Below, piece after piece: positions 29,991 through 39,532 of a stretch of DNA of 64,000 nt. A model generated the notes under the pieces. That model ran no database searches and had not been told where the DNA came from. It worked only from the letters and a program-made list of their open reading frames with translations. This stretch comes from Verrucomicrobiota bacterium (lineage in GTDB: Bacteria > Verrucomicrobiota > Verrucomicrobiia > Limisphaerales > AAA164-E04), in assembly GCA_047947115.1 (NCBI GenBank), contig CP170459.1, forward strand, positions 1,184,001 through 1,248,000, read 5' to 3'. The first letter of the stretch is position 1; each line of letters starts with the position of its first letter. Made by a program: the position numbers and the translations under genes.

Positions 29991-32900
29991 TTAGTTCAGG
30001 GTCATGACTTCATCGAGGTTCAAAATCAGATTGCAGATCATGGTCATGCTGGCCAGTTCCGCGGCGGGTTCCTTCCAGAGAACGGGTGATTCCCCGGTTT
30101 GGATCAGTTGCTTGGCGGCATCTTCGTCCTGTTGATAGGTCGACAGATGTTTTTCGTAGAGATCGGTCAGGAGCTCGAGTTCGTCAAGCTTGAGGGATCG
30201 GCTGGCGGCCAGCTGCATGGCGTAGTTCAGGCGATCGGCGAGATCGGGTTTGGATTGTTCCATGACGCGTTCGGCGAATCGTCGCGCCGCTTCCACGTAT
30301 TGGATGTCGTTCATCAGATTCAAAGCCTGCAACGGTGTATTGGTGCGTTCGCGTCGCACGGTGCACGATTCGCGGTTGGGTGCGTCAAAGGTGGCCATCG
30401 AGGGAGGAGGGGAAGTACGCTTGATAAAAGTGTAAAGGCTCCGTCGATACAGCGCATCGCCACTATCCTGTACGTATTTCGCGGTGGTACTGCTTGGATA
30501 TGCGACGGCTTCCCATAGCCCCTCAGGTTGGTAGGGTTTGACGCCTTTGCCGCCCATTTTATCCACCAAAAGTCCGCTGATGGCCAATTCCGAATCACGC
30601 AACACCTCTGCGTCCAGTCGGTAGCGGGGCCCACGTGAAATCAATCGGTTGTCGGGATCTTTTTTCAACGCTTCGGGGGTCAACACAGAGGCTTGTTTGA
30701 ATGCTGCGGAGGTGACCAGTAAGCGGTGCATGTATTTCATGTCCCATCCACTTTCGATGAATTCGCGGGCCAGCCAATCCAGTAGTCTGGGGTGGGATGG
30801 CAGATCGCCCTGGGTACCGAAGTCTTCGGCGGTCTTCACCAGACCGGTTCCGAAATGTTGTTGCCAGAAGCGGTTGACGGTGACGCGTGCGGTTAAGGGG
30901 TGTGCGGGATCAACCAACCACTTGGCCAGTCCGAGTCGGTTCATGGGCTCACCCTGAGGTATGGAGGGGAGCACTCCGGGAACATTGGCGGTGACTTTCT
31001 CCGAAGGTTTGTCGTATTCACCGCGCACCAGGACAAAGGTGTCGCGCGGCTCTTTAAGCTCTTTGCTGACCAAAGATTGAGGAATGGACTTTTCGTAATC
31101 GTTTTTTGCCTTCCGGATCTTGTCCTGTTGAGCGTGCAGGGCATCGAATACAAACTTAGTTTCGGTGCAGACATGTTCCAGAAAATGATTCTTAAGGATC
31201 TCCAGCTCGGCATCGGTTCGTTCTTTCGAGGCAATGGAAGCCAGTTCTTGAAGATCTTTTGGAAGGCCGGCTCCTTTTGTTGCGCCAATAAACTCGAGCC
31301 AAAGTGCAAAGGAAGCAAATCCTTCTTCACCTTGGGGAATCATCGTGTGCAGTCCGGCATGATCCCAATAAACCGTGCCATCGTATTGACTGAAGGCCCA
31401 TCCATCAATGCGGTCACCGGGATTGATCCCGACTTGTTTGGCAGGGACTTCCAATCGCACCCAGCTGCCGGTTTGGGGGAGTTCACCCATCCATTGATGG
31501 TCGGCTCCATTTCCCTTGCCGTGTTCGATCAGATCCTCACCCCAGTAGGCGCGATGATTCCAGTCTTTGGTGTGGAACTGCAGCATGATGGTTTTGGGCG
31601 GGCGAAGTGCGTCCAGGTAAACATATGTAAAAAGCGTATCCCCTTCACCTGCCAACAACGGGGATGATGCTTCAGTGAAGAAATGTTGTTGCGAACCTTC
31701 GGCATGGCGACGGTGTGATTTGAGTCCGCTGTAGGCGGGGTATCCCGTGCCGGAAACAAATTGCCACCCGCCATCCGCATCGGAAGCTTTCGCCCCTGCG
31801 GGTAATGCATCTTCGATCCAGACGAAATCTTTTCGAGCTAGCGAAGTCTTGCTGTTGCCGGGGTCCTGGTAATCGACGGCGGCCAGCGACACTTTGATGG
31901 CTTTGTCGAGTTGTTCGATTTGACGATCAAATGCGGCGAGTTTTGCCCGGTCTTCGTCGGTTTTCAGTTGGACGGTGGGTGGGTAGATGAAAGCATTTCC
32001 GTCCATCGCGTTTTCATCAAGGTTATTGTAGAAGGCGAACAACTGGTAAAAATCCTTTTGAGTGATGGGATCGAATTTATGGTCGTGACATTGACTGCAA
32101 CCGGTGGTCAAACCCATCCAGACGGTGCCTAAAGTGCTGATCCGGTCGATGCCGTAGCGTACTGCGAATTCTTGCGCGATGGCGCCGCCTTCGCTTGTGG
32201 TGACATTGCAGCGGTTGAAACCGGTGGCCACCAGTTGATCCAGATTCGGTTCGGGCAGGAGATCGCCGGCGAGTTGTTCGATGGTGAATTGATCGAACGG
32301 CATGTTATCGTTCAAAGCCTCGACCACCCAATCACGGTAGGGCCAGATGGCGCGTTCGTTGTCCAGGTGCAGACCATGTGTGTCGCCGTATCGGGCTGCA
32401 TCCAGCCAGAAACGGGCGCGGTGTTCTCCGTATTTCTTTGATTTCAAAAGGCGATCAACCAATGCCTCATATGCGTCAGCCGATGTGTCCTTCAGGAAGG
32501 CTTCCACTTCTCCGGGGCTCGGGGGCAGTCCGGTCAATGTCAGGTAGGCGCGTCGGACCAACGTTTCAGGGGAAGCTTCAGTTTGGGGTTCCAATCCCTG
32601 TTCGTTGAGCTTTTCCATGATGAAAGCATCGATCGGATTTTTCCCCCATTTTCCATTGCCTGCTTCGGGGACGTTTGTGCGCACAGGAGGTGCAAAAGCC
32701 CAATGATCTTCATAAGCCCCTCCTTCGGAAATCCAGCGGCGGAAGGTTGCCAGATCCTCGGGTGAAAGGGGATTCTTGGCATCGGGCGGCGGCATCAGAT
32801 CGTCCTTATCAGTGATGATCAGGCGGCGATAGAACTCACTTTCATCCGGTTTCCCCGAGACGATGGCCGCATATCCACCCAGGTCGGCATAAGCCCCTTC

Positions 32901-33095
32901 CCGCGTGTCGAGTCGTAGATCGGCTTCACGTTGCGCTTTGTCGGGGCCGTGGCAGCTGACGCAGTATTTGGAAATCAACGGGCGTATGTCAGAGCTGAAG
33001 GAGAGTGGTTTTTCAGCGGCAAGACCGGCCCCTAGCGGAACCAGCCAGCCAGACAAAACCATCCACGGGAGAATGAGATGTTGAATTGTTTTCAT
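29991..33095 (-). CDS. Planctomycete cytochrome c / DUF1549 / DUF1553 protein
   Basis: CVSCH, CSQCH, WLDAARYGDT, HPLTARVTVNRFWQ, NTPLQALNLMN. Confidence 0.92.
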   Translation of the reverse strand: MKTIQHLILPWMVLSGWLVPLGAGLAAEKPLSFSSDIRPLISKYCVSCHGPDKAQREADLRLDTREGAYADLGGYAAIVSGKPDESEFYRRLIITDKDDLMPPPDAKNPLSPEDLATFRRWISEGGAYEDHWAFAPPVRTNVPEAGNGKWGKNPIDAFIMEKLNEQGLEPQTEASPETLVRRAYLTLTGLPPSPGEVEAFLKDTSADAYEALVDRLLKSKKYGEHRARFWLDAARYGDTHGLHLDNERAIWPYRDWVVEALNDNMPFDQFTIEQLAGDLLPEPNLDQLVATGFNRCNVTTSEGGAIAQEFAVRYGIDRISTLGTVWMGLTTGCSQCHDHKFDPITQKDFYQLFAFYNNLDENAMDGNAFIYPPTVQLKTDEDRAKLAAFDRQIEQLDKAIKVSLAAVDYQDPGNSKTSLARKDFVWIEDALPAGAKASDADGGWQFVSGTGYPAYSGLKSHRRHAEGSQQHFFTEASSPLLAGEGDTLFTYVYLDALRPPKTIMLQFHTKDWNHRAYWGEDLIEHGKGNGADHQWMGELPQTGSWVRLEVPAKQVGINPGDRIDGWAFSQYDGTVYWDHAGLHTMIPQGEEGFASFALWLEFIGATKGAGLPKDLQELASIASKERTDAELEILKNHFLEHVCTETKFVFDALHAQQDKIRKAKNDYEKSIPQSLVSKELKEPRDTFVLVRGEYDKPSEKVTANVPGVLPSIPQGEPMNRLGLAKWLVDPAHPLTARVTVNRFWQQHFGTGLVKTAEDFGTQGDLPSHPRLLDWLAREFIESGWDMKYMHRLLVTSAAFKQASVLTPEALKKDPDNRLISRGPRYRLDAEVLRDSELAISGLLVDKMGGKGVKPYQPEGLWEAVAYPSSTTAKYVQDSGDALYRRSLYTFIKRTSPPPSMATFDAPNRESCTVRRERTNTPLQALNLMNDIQYVEAARRFAERVMEQSKPDLADRLNYAMQLAASRSLKLDELELLTDLYEKHLSTYQQDEDAAKQLIQTGESPVLWKEPAAELASMTMICNLILNLDEVMTLN

Positions 33096-33163
33096 GGATT
33101 TGACGGATAATTATGCTTTAGTAAAAACTGATCGCATGCGCGCATCTTGTCAAAGATTACACT

Positions 33164-34309
33164 TCAGTTGTTGGGATTCGCAACGGGTTCTCCCGTGAAC
33201 GGAATCAACAGGTCATTGGTAATCAATCTGGGCGTAAGCATGTTCAGGGAAACGGATGCCTTGATGCGATAAAACTGTGCCATTGTTGGTTTGAAGACTT
33301 TGATGGCCAATGGGTCTTGTATCAGTGTCCAGTCGCTGGATTCCGAGAAAGGGCCGTTAATGGTTTCGGAAGTTTCCAGGTGAATGGTTTGAACCGGGTT
33401 GGGGAAGGCCTCGATGGTTTCTTTAATCCAGTCGAATCGGTAGGAAAGGCGGGTGCCCCAGATGTTCGTTGGGATATCCTCATCCTGATCCTCAAAGAAC
33501 TCGAAGAACTCTTCCTGCTGGCTATCTTCACTTTTTTGCAAGAAGAACCCTCCCACATCCAGCATGTTTGCGAAGAATGCTTCATCGTCCTCCGTTTTCT
33601 TGAACTTTCCACCGGCTCCGAAGTTCACGGCGGCCAATTTCCAGACATTGCCTTGTCTCAAAAACATGCCGCCTCCGGAATCGCATGAAGCCAGGCCCGC
33701 TTCGCTGGGGAGTCCGTTGCGGTCGAATGTCGCCCCGATGAGTTCACCGAGTTTTCTGGGTTCCGTATCCTCGACTCCCGCGATTTGATCCACGATGTTT
33801 TCACCCCAACGCATGAATCCGCCACCTTGACCCTGACGCCAGCCACGCACTTCCGATCCGAGCAGCACGGGTTCGCCACGCTGTTCGCCACGCCCAAAGA
33901 TCAGCAGTCTTTTTCCTATTTCGTCTTTGCGCTGGTAAATTTCCGCGAATGCTGGAAATGGTTCCGAAACCCCCCACAAGGCGAGGTCGGTTTCCGGATC
34001 CAATACACGTGCCACTGATGTGTAGGATTTACCCTGAAAGGTAAACACATCGCCGACAAATCCGCCAATGTGCTTGGCGGTCAAAAACCATTGGGGCGCG
34101 ATAGGGGTTCCCTGACAGGTTTTCCAGGTTCCCTGAAGATGCCAGGCCTTGGCTTCGGCTGGGTTGGATGGAGGCGTGGTGTTGTGGTCGGGATCTCCCG
34201 TGTTGACGAAGATGACGGCCGACAAGGAAAAGGTGGTAATGAAAAGCAATAAGCAGAGCCCCTGAAGTCGAAAGGGCGTGGCTCTCGTTAATTTCTTGCT
34301 CGGCATCAT
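33164..34309 (-). CDS. Secreted trypsin-like serine protease with C-terminal sorting-like domain
   Basis: Signal peptide; triad FLTAKH / TDLAL / CDSGGG. Confidence 0.75.
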   Translation of the reverse strand: MMPSKKLTRATPFRLQGLCLLLFITTFSLSAVIFVNTGDPDHNTTPPSNPAEAKAWHLQGTWKTCQGTPIAPQWFLTAKHIGGFVGDVFTFQGKSYTSVARVLDPETDLALWGVSEPFPAFAEIYQRKDEIGKRLLIFGRGEQRGEPVLLGSEVRGWRQGQGGGFMRWGENIVDQIAGVEDTEPRKLGELIGATFDRNGLPSEAGLASCDSGGGMFLRQGNVWKLAAVNFGAGGKFKKTEDDEAFFANMLDVGGFFLQKSEDSQQEEFFEFFEDQDEDIPTNIWGTRLSYRFDWIKETIEAFPNPVQTIHLETSETINGPFSESSDWTLIQDPLAIKVFKPTMAQFYRIKASVSLNMLTPRLITNDLLIPFTGEPVANPNN

Positions 34310-34357
34310 TATATTTCCTAGCCTCCTCTTTCCCAATTTGGTGATAAAAATCAACAC

Positions 34358-35155
34358 ATGGACAACATGCAATCAAGTGTTCCACAACCCACGCGTTGTT
34401 TCAAGAAGGACGATTTGAACGTCGAAGTATTTGCGTCACAGCCAGAAATGGCTCTCAATGCCGCGCACACGGTGCGCGAGTACCTGATCGAACGCATCGA
34501 ATCCAACGGAGCCGTGCGAGCCATCCTCGCCACCGGTAACTCCCAGATCCAGTTTTTAAAAACCTTGATCGACCTCGGGGGTGTCGACTGGTCGAAGGTC
34601 ACCTTGTTCCACATGGATGAATATCTTGGCATATCGGCCACTCACAAAGCGAGCTTCCGGCTCTACATGAAAGAGCGGGTGGAAAGCCTGGTGAATCCTC
34701 AGCACTTTCATTACCTCGAGGGAGACGCGCCACTTCCTCTGGATGAGTGTGAACGCTACTCAGGTTTGTTGAAAGAAGGACCTATAGATTTATGTTGTCT
34801 CGGTGTCGGCGAGAACGGACACATTGCTTTCAATGACCCGCCCGTGGCGGATCTCGATGACCCACATTTCGTGAAATTGGTCAAATTGGACGACGCCTGC
34901 AAAATACAACAGGTCAACGAAGGTCATTTTCCTAGTCTTGAAGCCGTTCCGCCTTATGCCTTCACCCTGACCATTCCCGCGCTCTGTTCTGCTCAAAAAA
35001 TGATTTGTCTCAGCCCGGAAACCCGCAAGGCCAAAGCCATTCAGGCAGCCTTGGAAGGTGAAATCGGCACGGCATGTCCAGCCTCAGCGTTGAGACGTCA
35101 ACCGCAAGCCACCTTGTATTTGGACGGAGATTCGTCGGCCTTGTTGTCGTCCTAG
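34358..35155 (+). CDS. nagB: Glucosamine-6-phosphate deaminase family protein
   Basis: LATGNS, FHMDEY, GVGENGHIAFNDP, CPASALR. Confidence 0.88.
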   Translation: MDNMQSSVPQPTRCFKKDDLNVEVFASQPEMALNAAHTVREYLIERIESNGAVRAILATGNSQIQFLKTLIDLGGVDWSKVTLFHMDEYLGISATHKASFRLYMKERVESLVNPQHFHYLEGDAPLPLDECERYSGLLKEGPIDLCCLGVGENGHIAFNDPPVADLDDPHFVKLVKLDDACKIQQVNEGHFPSLEAVPPYAFTLTIPALCSAQKMICLSPETRKAKAIQAALEGEIGTACPASALRRQPQATLYLDGDSSALLSS

Positions 35156-35227
35156 TTTGTTCGCTTCGGTTCGATGGCTCGAACCTGGGAAGCATTTTCA
35201 ACAGACTGATCATGACCAGAAAGAAAC

Positions 35228-36349
35228 ATGAAGCGTTGTAGCATATCCAAATGTTTCTTTCTGGTTGCGGTGCTCGTCTGCATGGAATTTTCACCACTTG
35301 GTGCGGAGGACGTACCTGAGTTGTTGAGGCCATTCGCAGGCCCTCCTGCCTCCTTCAAGGTGGAAAACACGAAATATCCCAGTCCCCTTGAGCTTGAAAA
35401 CGGTACAAAGGTTCAAGATAAGGAAGAGTGGACCGAGCGCCGAAAGGAAATTCGCGACAACTGGATGCAGTTGATGGGCCCATGGCCGCCGTTGCTCAGC
35501 GAGGGATCCCTGGAACTGGGCGAAGTGCGGGTTAAGGATGGATATCTCGAACAACGTATCCATCTCGACATTGCTCCGAACCAAAAAGCCGCCGGGTGGT
35601 TGCTACTGCCGGAAGGCGATGGACCGTTTCCCTCCGTGCTGGTGGTGTTTTATGATCCTGAAACCAGCATAGGACTCAAGGCTGACAAACCCGGACGTGA
35701 TTTTGGAAGACTGCTTGTCCGCGAAGGCATCGCCACACTGAACATCGGTACCCCCGGAGGAAACGCCTGGAAACCGGACATCGGCAAGGCAAGCTGCCAA
35801 CCACTCTCCTTCCACGCCTACGTCGCGGCCAACGCATGGCATGCCATGGCCAAGCACCCGAAGCTGGATCCGGAACGGATCGGGGTGACCGGTCACAGTT
35901 ACGGCGGGAAATGGGCCATGTTTGCCGCTGCGCTTTGGGATCGATTTGCAGCGGTGGCCGTCAGTGATCCCGGCATCATGTTCGATGAAACACGTCCCAA
36001 TGTGAACTATTGGGAACCCTGGTATCTTGGGCTCGATCCCAATATGCGACGCCCCAAAGCAGGAGTCCCGACAAAAGACAACCCACGCACCGGAGCTTAC
36101 AAAACCATGATCGAACGCGGAATGGACCTGCATGAGATCCATGCTTTGATTGCTCCCCGCCCGTTTCTGGTATCCGGTGGAAGTGAAGACAAGGTCGAGC
36201 GTTGGCACGGATTGCATCACCTCGTGCAGATCAACCAAATGCTGGGTAAACAGGATCGTGTATTCATGACCTTGCGTGACGGACACGGTCCAACCCCGGA
36301 ATCCAATGATCAGTTGGCGGCCTTCTTCCAACATTTCCTGAAGCCGTGA
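35228..36349 (+). CDS. Secreted alpha/beta hydrolase (dienelactone hydrolase/esterase-like)
   Basis: Signal peptide, IGVTGHSYGGK nucleophile elbow, LIAPRP, C-terminal His. Confidence 0.85.
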   Translation: MKRCSISKCFFLVAVLVCMEFSPLGAEDVPELLRPFAGPPASFKVENTKYPSPLELENGTKVQDKEEWTERRKEIRDNWMQLMGPWPPLLSEGSLELGEVRVKDGYLEQRIHLDIAPNQKAAGWLLLPEGDGPFPSVLVVFYDPETSIGLKADKPGRDFGRLLVREGIATLNIGTPGGNAWKPDIGKASCQPLSFHAYVAANAWHAMAKHPKLDPERIGVTGHSYGGKWAMFAAALWDRFAAVAVSDPGIMFDETRPNVNYWEPWYLGLDPNMRRPKAGVPTKDNPRTGAYKTMIERGMDLHEIHALIAPRPFLVSGGSEDKVERWHGLHHLVQINQMLGKQDRVFMTLRDGHGPTPESNDQLAAFFQHFLKP

Positions 36350-36676
36350 CAATAGCCATTCCTGATTGTTAAACAAAACCTTCGCACAAGACAGGCTTTG
36401 TTTAATTGAACGGAGCAGGGGAGGGGACTTGTCCATCATCCACAGACCGACGATCTTCTTTTGGTGAATTCAAAACCACCAGGTGCGGCAGCATCATAAA
36501 CAAAACTCTTGGAGTATTGTTTCCAGTTCCCCACTGGTCTCACTGTTTGCAGACATACCAAAATTGGCTGTCAGGCGTAAAATAGTTACGAAAATGCGAC
36601 TTTCGTAACCAAAACGCGACATTTTATTTCAAATGAGAAATTTTTGAAAATTTTTGACCCCTGATGTCAAAAAAAT

Positions 36677-38024
36677 GGTTCTTCGACAATTCCAGTGGAA
36701 TTAAATTAAGCCGGGATTCTGAGTTTGCCGGCTACAAAGTAAAGCATAGTGATCATGTATACGGATGAGCTAAAACCTCTGGCCTTCCGCTTGACCGCGC
36801 TGAAAACGCTATTCAATCCTTCCATGAACGCTGTGGTCAGTTTCTTTTTCCAATGAGCAAGTATACCTTCCAAGTGACGTTCAATACTGTTTGCCACCTT
36901 GATCATTGGTTCCAACAAGTCCCCTGAATTTTTCGCCCTTCGTTTTACCCATCCTATCCATTTGACCATGTTTTTTCGCGCTGTAACCTCATTGCGACTG
37001 CGATAGACTTGTTGGAAATTTAATCGCATCTGGTAGGCGATTCCGGTTACTAAATTCTTCAAATCCAATTCCTCTAGCTGCTGGGTTTGACTCTTGGTTA
37101 GATTGGAGGGATTTTTACGAAATATCCAACGACTTGCTTTGAGCTCCTTTTTGGAATCCTTGTCTCCTTGATTTGCTTCGGCTTTGCGCACTTTATCGAC
37201 TGCGTCATTGACCATGGCCACAGCATGATACTTGTCGAATACAATCTCTGCGTTGCCTAGATTCTCCCTTACTCCCTTTTGATAGGCCGGACTCATATCG
37301 ATGGCAACTTGAGTGATCGCTTTTGGATGTCCGTTGTGCGCATATAACGCATCTGCAAAGCGTTGGAATGTTTCAGCGTCTTTGCCCTCGGTGGCAAAAA
37401 TGACTCGCTTCTCCATCAAATCAGCAAACACCGTCAGGTAATCATGCCCTTTGCGTGCAGACAATTCGTCCGCACCGATCCAAACCACTTCACTCATATC
37501 CAACTTTGAATAAGCTTCGTCGACATGGGCAAAAAGAATGCGCCACATGCGTTGATCACACTCTCCAATCAGTCCTGATGCTTTACTAACTGGCATCTCC
37601 CTCATCAACGCCAATGCAAATCCTTCAAAAGCTTGAGTAAAATGTTTTCCCTTACCCTCCCAGGGGACTTTAACCCGATAGGTTCGGTGACAAGATGGGC
37701 ATTTGCCGCGAGGCACATTGCAGAGAATTTCAGATCGTTTTCCAAATACATCCATATGTCGCCAAGACCTTGTTTCGGTGTGATCGTAACAGGTAATCCC
37801 AGACGATTTGCAGGTCTGATGGGGACAAACTTGTTTCTCCCAGAGTTTGTCAGTTTCAGTAATAACCATGAAAAACTTTTCCGTCTCAGAATCGTAGTCA
37901 ACGCCTCGAACTTTCCAACACTCATCTAGCCCCAGCAATCCATGTATGGTCTTCTCAATATTCATGGAGCCATCATCTCACGATAGTTCCAAATGCTCAA
38001 TTCCACTGTTTTTGTCGAAGAACC
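36677..38024 (-). mobile_element. ISL3-family insertion sequence, intact
   Basis: 26-bp IRs GGTTCTTCGACAA...CAGTGGAATT (3 mismatches); 8-bp target duplication AAAAAAAT at 36669-36676 and 38025-38032. Confidence 0.95.
36706..37965 (-). CDS. ISL3-family transposase
   Basis: Zn-finger CP..C, GADE, IDMSPAY, FDKYH, EGLNS..KRKARGF. Confidence 0.95.
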   Translation of the reverse strand: MNIEKTIHGLLGLDECWKVRGVDYDSETEKFFMVITETDKLWEKQVCPHQTCKSSGITCYDHTETRSWRHMDVFGKRSEILCNVPRGKCPSCHRTYRVKVPWEGKGKHFTQAFEGFALALMREMPVSKASGLIGECDQRMWRILFAHVDEAYSKLDMSEVVWIGADELSARKGHDYLTVFADLMEKRVIFATEGKDAETFQRFADALYAHNGHPKAITQVAIDMSPAYQKGVRENLGNAEIVFDKYHAVAMVNDAVDKVRKAEANQGDKDSKKELKASRWIFRKNPSNLTKSQTQQLEELDLKNLVTGIAYQMRLNFQQVYRSRNEVTARKNMVKWIGWVKRRAKNSGDLLEPMIKVANSIERHLEGILAHWKKKLTTAFMEGLNSVFSAVKRKARGFSSSVYMITMLYFVAGKLRIPA

Positions 38025-38235
38025 AAAAAAATACGCATTTATGTGTGTGGGATTGTGTTTATCGCCTTGGTGCATCCATGCCACATTCTGATTGATGCCA
38101 AAAAATGCATGTTTATAGACAAAAATGCAACGATTAGAGATTTGTGGAAATTTTTTTGAACTTTTAATTCTCTAAGCTTTCAAAGTTACAATTAACAGAT
38201 GCAAAACACAAATTTGTTAATGATGTTCGTTTTTA

Positions 38236-38251
38236 TGGCATGAGGTTTGCT
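38236..38251 (+). promoter_or_regulatory. Sigma54 (-24/-12) promoter upstream of the C39-Rhs gene
   Basis: TGGCATGAGGTTTGCT matches TGGCACG-N4-TTGCW with exact GG-N10-GC spacing, 120 bp before the ATG. Confidence 0.7.
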
Positions 38252-38371
38252 ATTGAATTAGATAAAAAATACCTAAAACCCGACATCTAAAGATCGTTAA
38301 TCAATTGTTCCACTGTAAATAACGTTGTTGAGATAAAAAAATACCACAAGAATATCCAGCCCATTACAAAT

Positions 38372-39532
38372 ATGAGTAACAAAAACTTTTCCTTCTCAAA
38401 GATCAGAGCATACATCTCTGGTATTGGCGTAATTTTTACGTTTTTAATTTGTTTTCTTGTGTATGTGCATTCTCAGGAACGCAACATTGAAGATCTCTTT
38501 CCAGCGGATTTGCCGACCCAGTCACGATTAGTGCGTTCTGGCGATGTAGTGAAGGGGGATTTTCATGCTGTAGGGCACCTGGAGCCCAGCAATGAGGAAA
38601 CGCTCGAATTGGGAATTCTGATCGGAGACGATGAAAGATTGCCTGGTGATATTGTCAGTCGATTGGAGAACTTCATTTCCAAATATCCCGATACAGCTTA
38701 TGGGCCATCTATCCGTAATCAGTTGGCTGCATTTTACAAACGATCTGGCCGATATCAAAGAGCAATGGATCATTGGGCGAGTAGCTGGGCTGCCACTGCA
38801 GATTTACAAACCAGGGAGGGCAAGAAAATCGCAGATGAGGCCGTTGCTCACTTGGCTCATCAGCTTGCAAGTTTGGGAGAAATCGAACTCCTGGAGAGAG
38901 TATTCGCAGAAACAGCCGGGCGAGTCCTGGACACAGATATATTTACTGAACTTTATCTACGATCCTGGGAAAAATACGGCCGGATGAAGCATAAACCTGA
39001 AACATCTTTCCTGTGTGGAGTTGTTGCTTTGGATAAGGTGGCGCATGCCATGAATGCTCAGCATGACCGTGGAAACCTGATGGCCACGCAAGGTAAAGTC
39101 GGAGGGTTTTCTCTGAGTGAATTGCAGGGCCTTTCAGAAGATTTCCAGCTCGGAATGAAAATGGTGTTCATGGAAAGCCCTAATGCGACCTTGATCGTGC
39201 CTTCTGTCATACACATGTCAGTCGGACACTACGCAGCCATTACCGATGTGATTCAAGATGGCTTCCGTGTGGAAGATCCAACCAATGGTCGGTACCGATG
39301 GCTGACTCAGGAGGAGATTCTGGAAGAAGCCAGTGGATTTTTATCGTTCCTGAAGAAGCAGACACAAGAGGCTACCGAACCGTTCGTGCGGGGGAAGGTG
39401 GGCAGATTTTTGGTAAAGGACAAACATTGTGTCCACCTCCCCCCGGCGAAGATCCAGGACAACCTTGTCCAGATGATCAATGCTGTCTTCCAGGAACATC
39501 ACCCAACAGGCATCCATCTAAACCCAAAATAA
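38372..39532 (+). CDS. N-terminal part of a frameshifted Rhs protein: signal/TM, TPR-like helices and C39-like cysteine peptidase
   Basis: Hydrophobic N-terminus; CGVVAL...GFSLSEL...VIHMSVGHYAAI...VEDP triad; coding sense continues in the other frame at 39338-39342. Confidence 0.78.
   Translation: MSNKNFSFSKIRAYISGIGVIFTFLICFLVYVHSQERNIEDLFPADLPTQSRLVRSGDVVKGDFHAVGHLEPSNEETLELGILIGDDERLPGDIVSRLENFISKYPDTAYGPSIRNQLAAFYKRSGRYQRAMDHWASSWAATADLQTREGKKIADEAVAHLAHQLASLGEIELLERVFAETAGRVLDTDIFTELYLRSWEKYGRMKHKPETSFLCGVVALDKVAHAMNAQHDRGNLMATQGKVGGFSLSELQGLSEDFQLGMKMVFMESPNATLIVPSVIHMSVGHYAAITDVIQDGFRVEDPTNGRYRWLTQEEILEEASGFLSFLKKQTQEATEPFVRGKVGRFLVKDKHCVHLPPAKIQDNLVQMINAVFQEHHPTGIHLNPK

Noticed and set aside
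39298..39340. ATG at 39298 as an independent Rhs start
   Set aside because: It lies inside the C39 domain coding region in another frame with no clear RBS; a frameshift explains the data better
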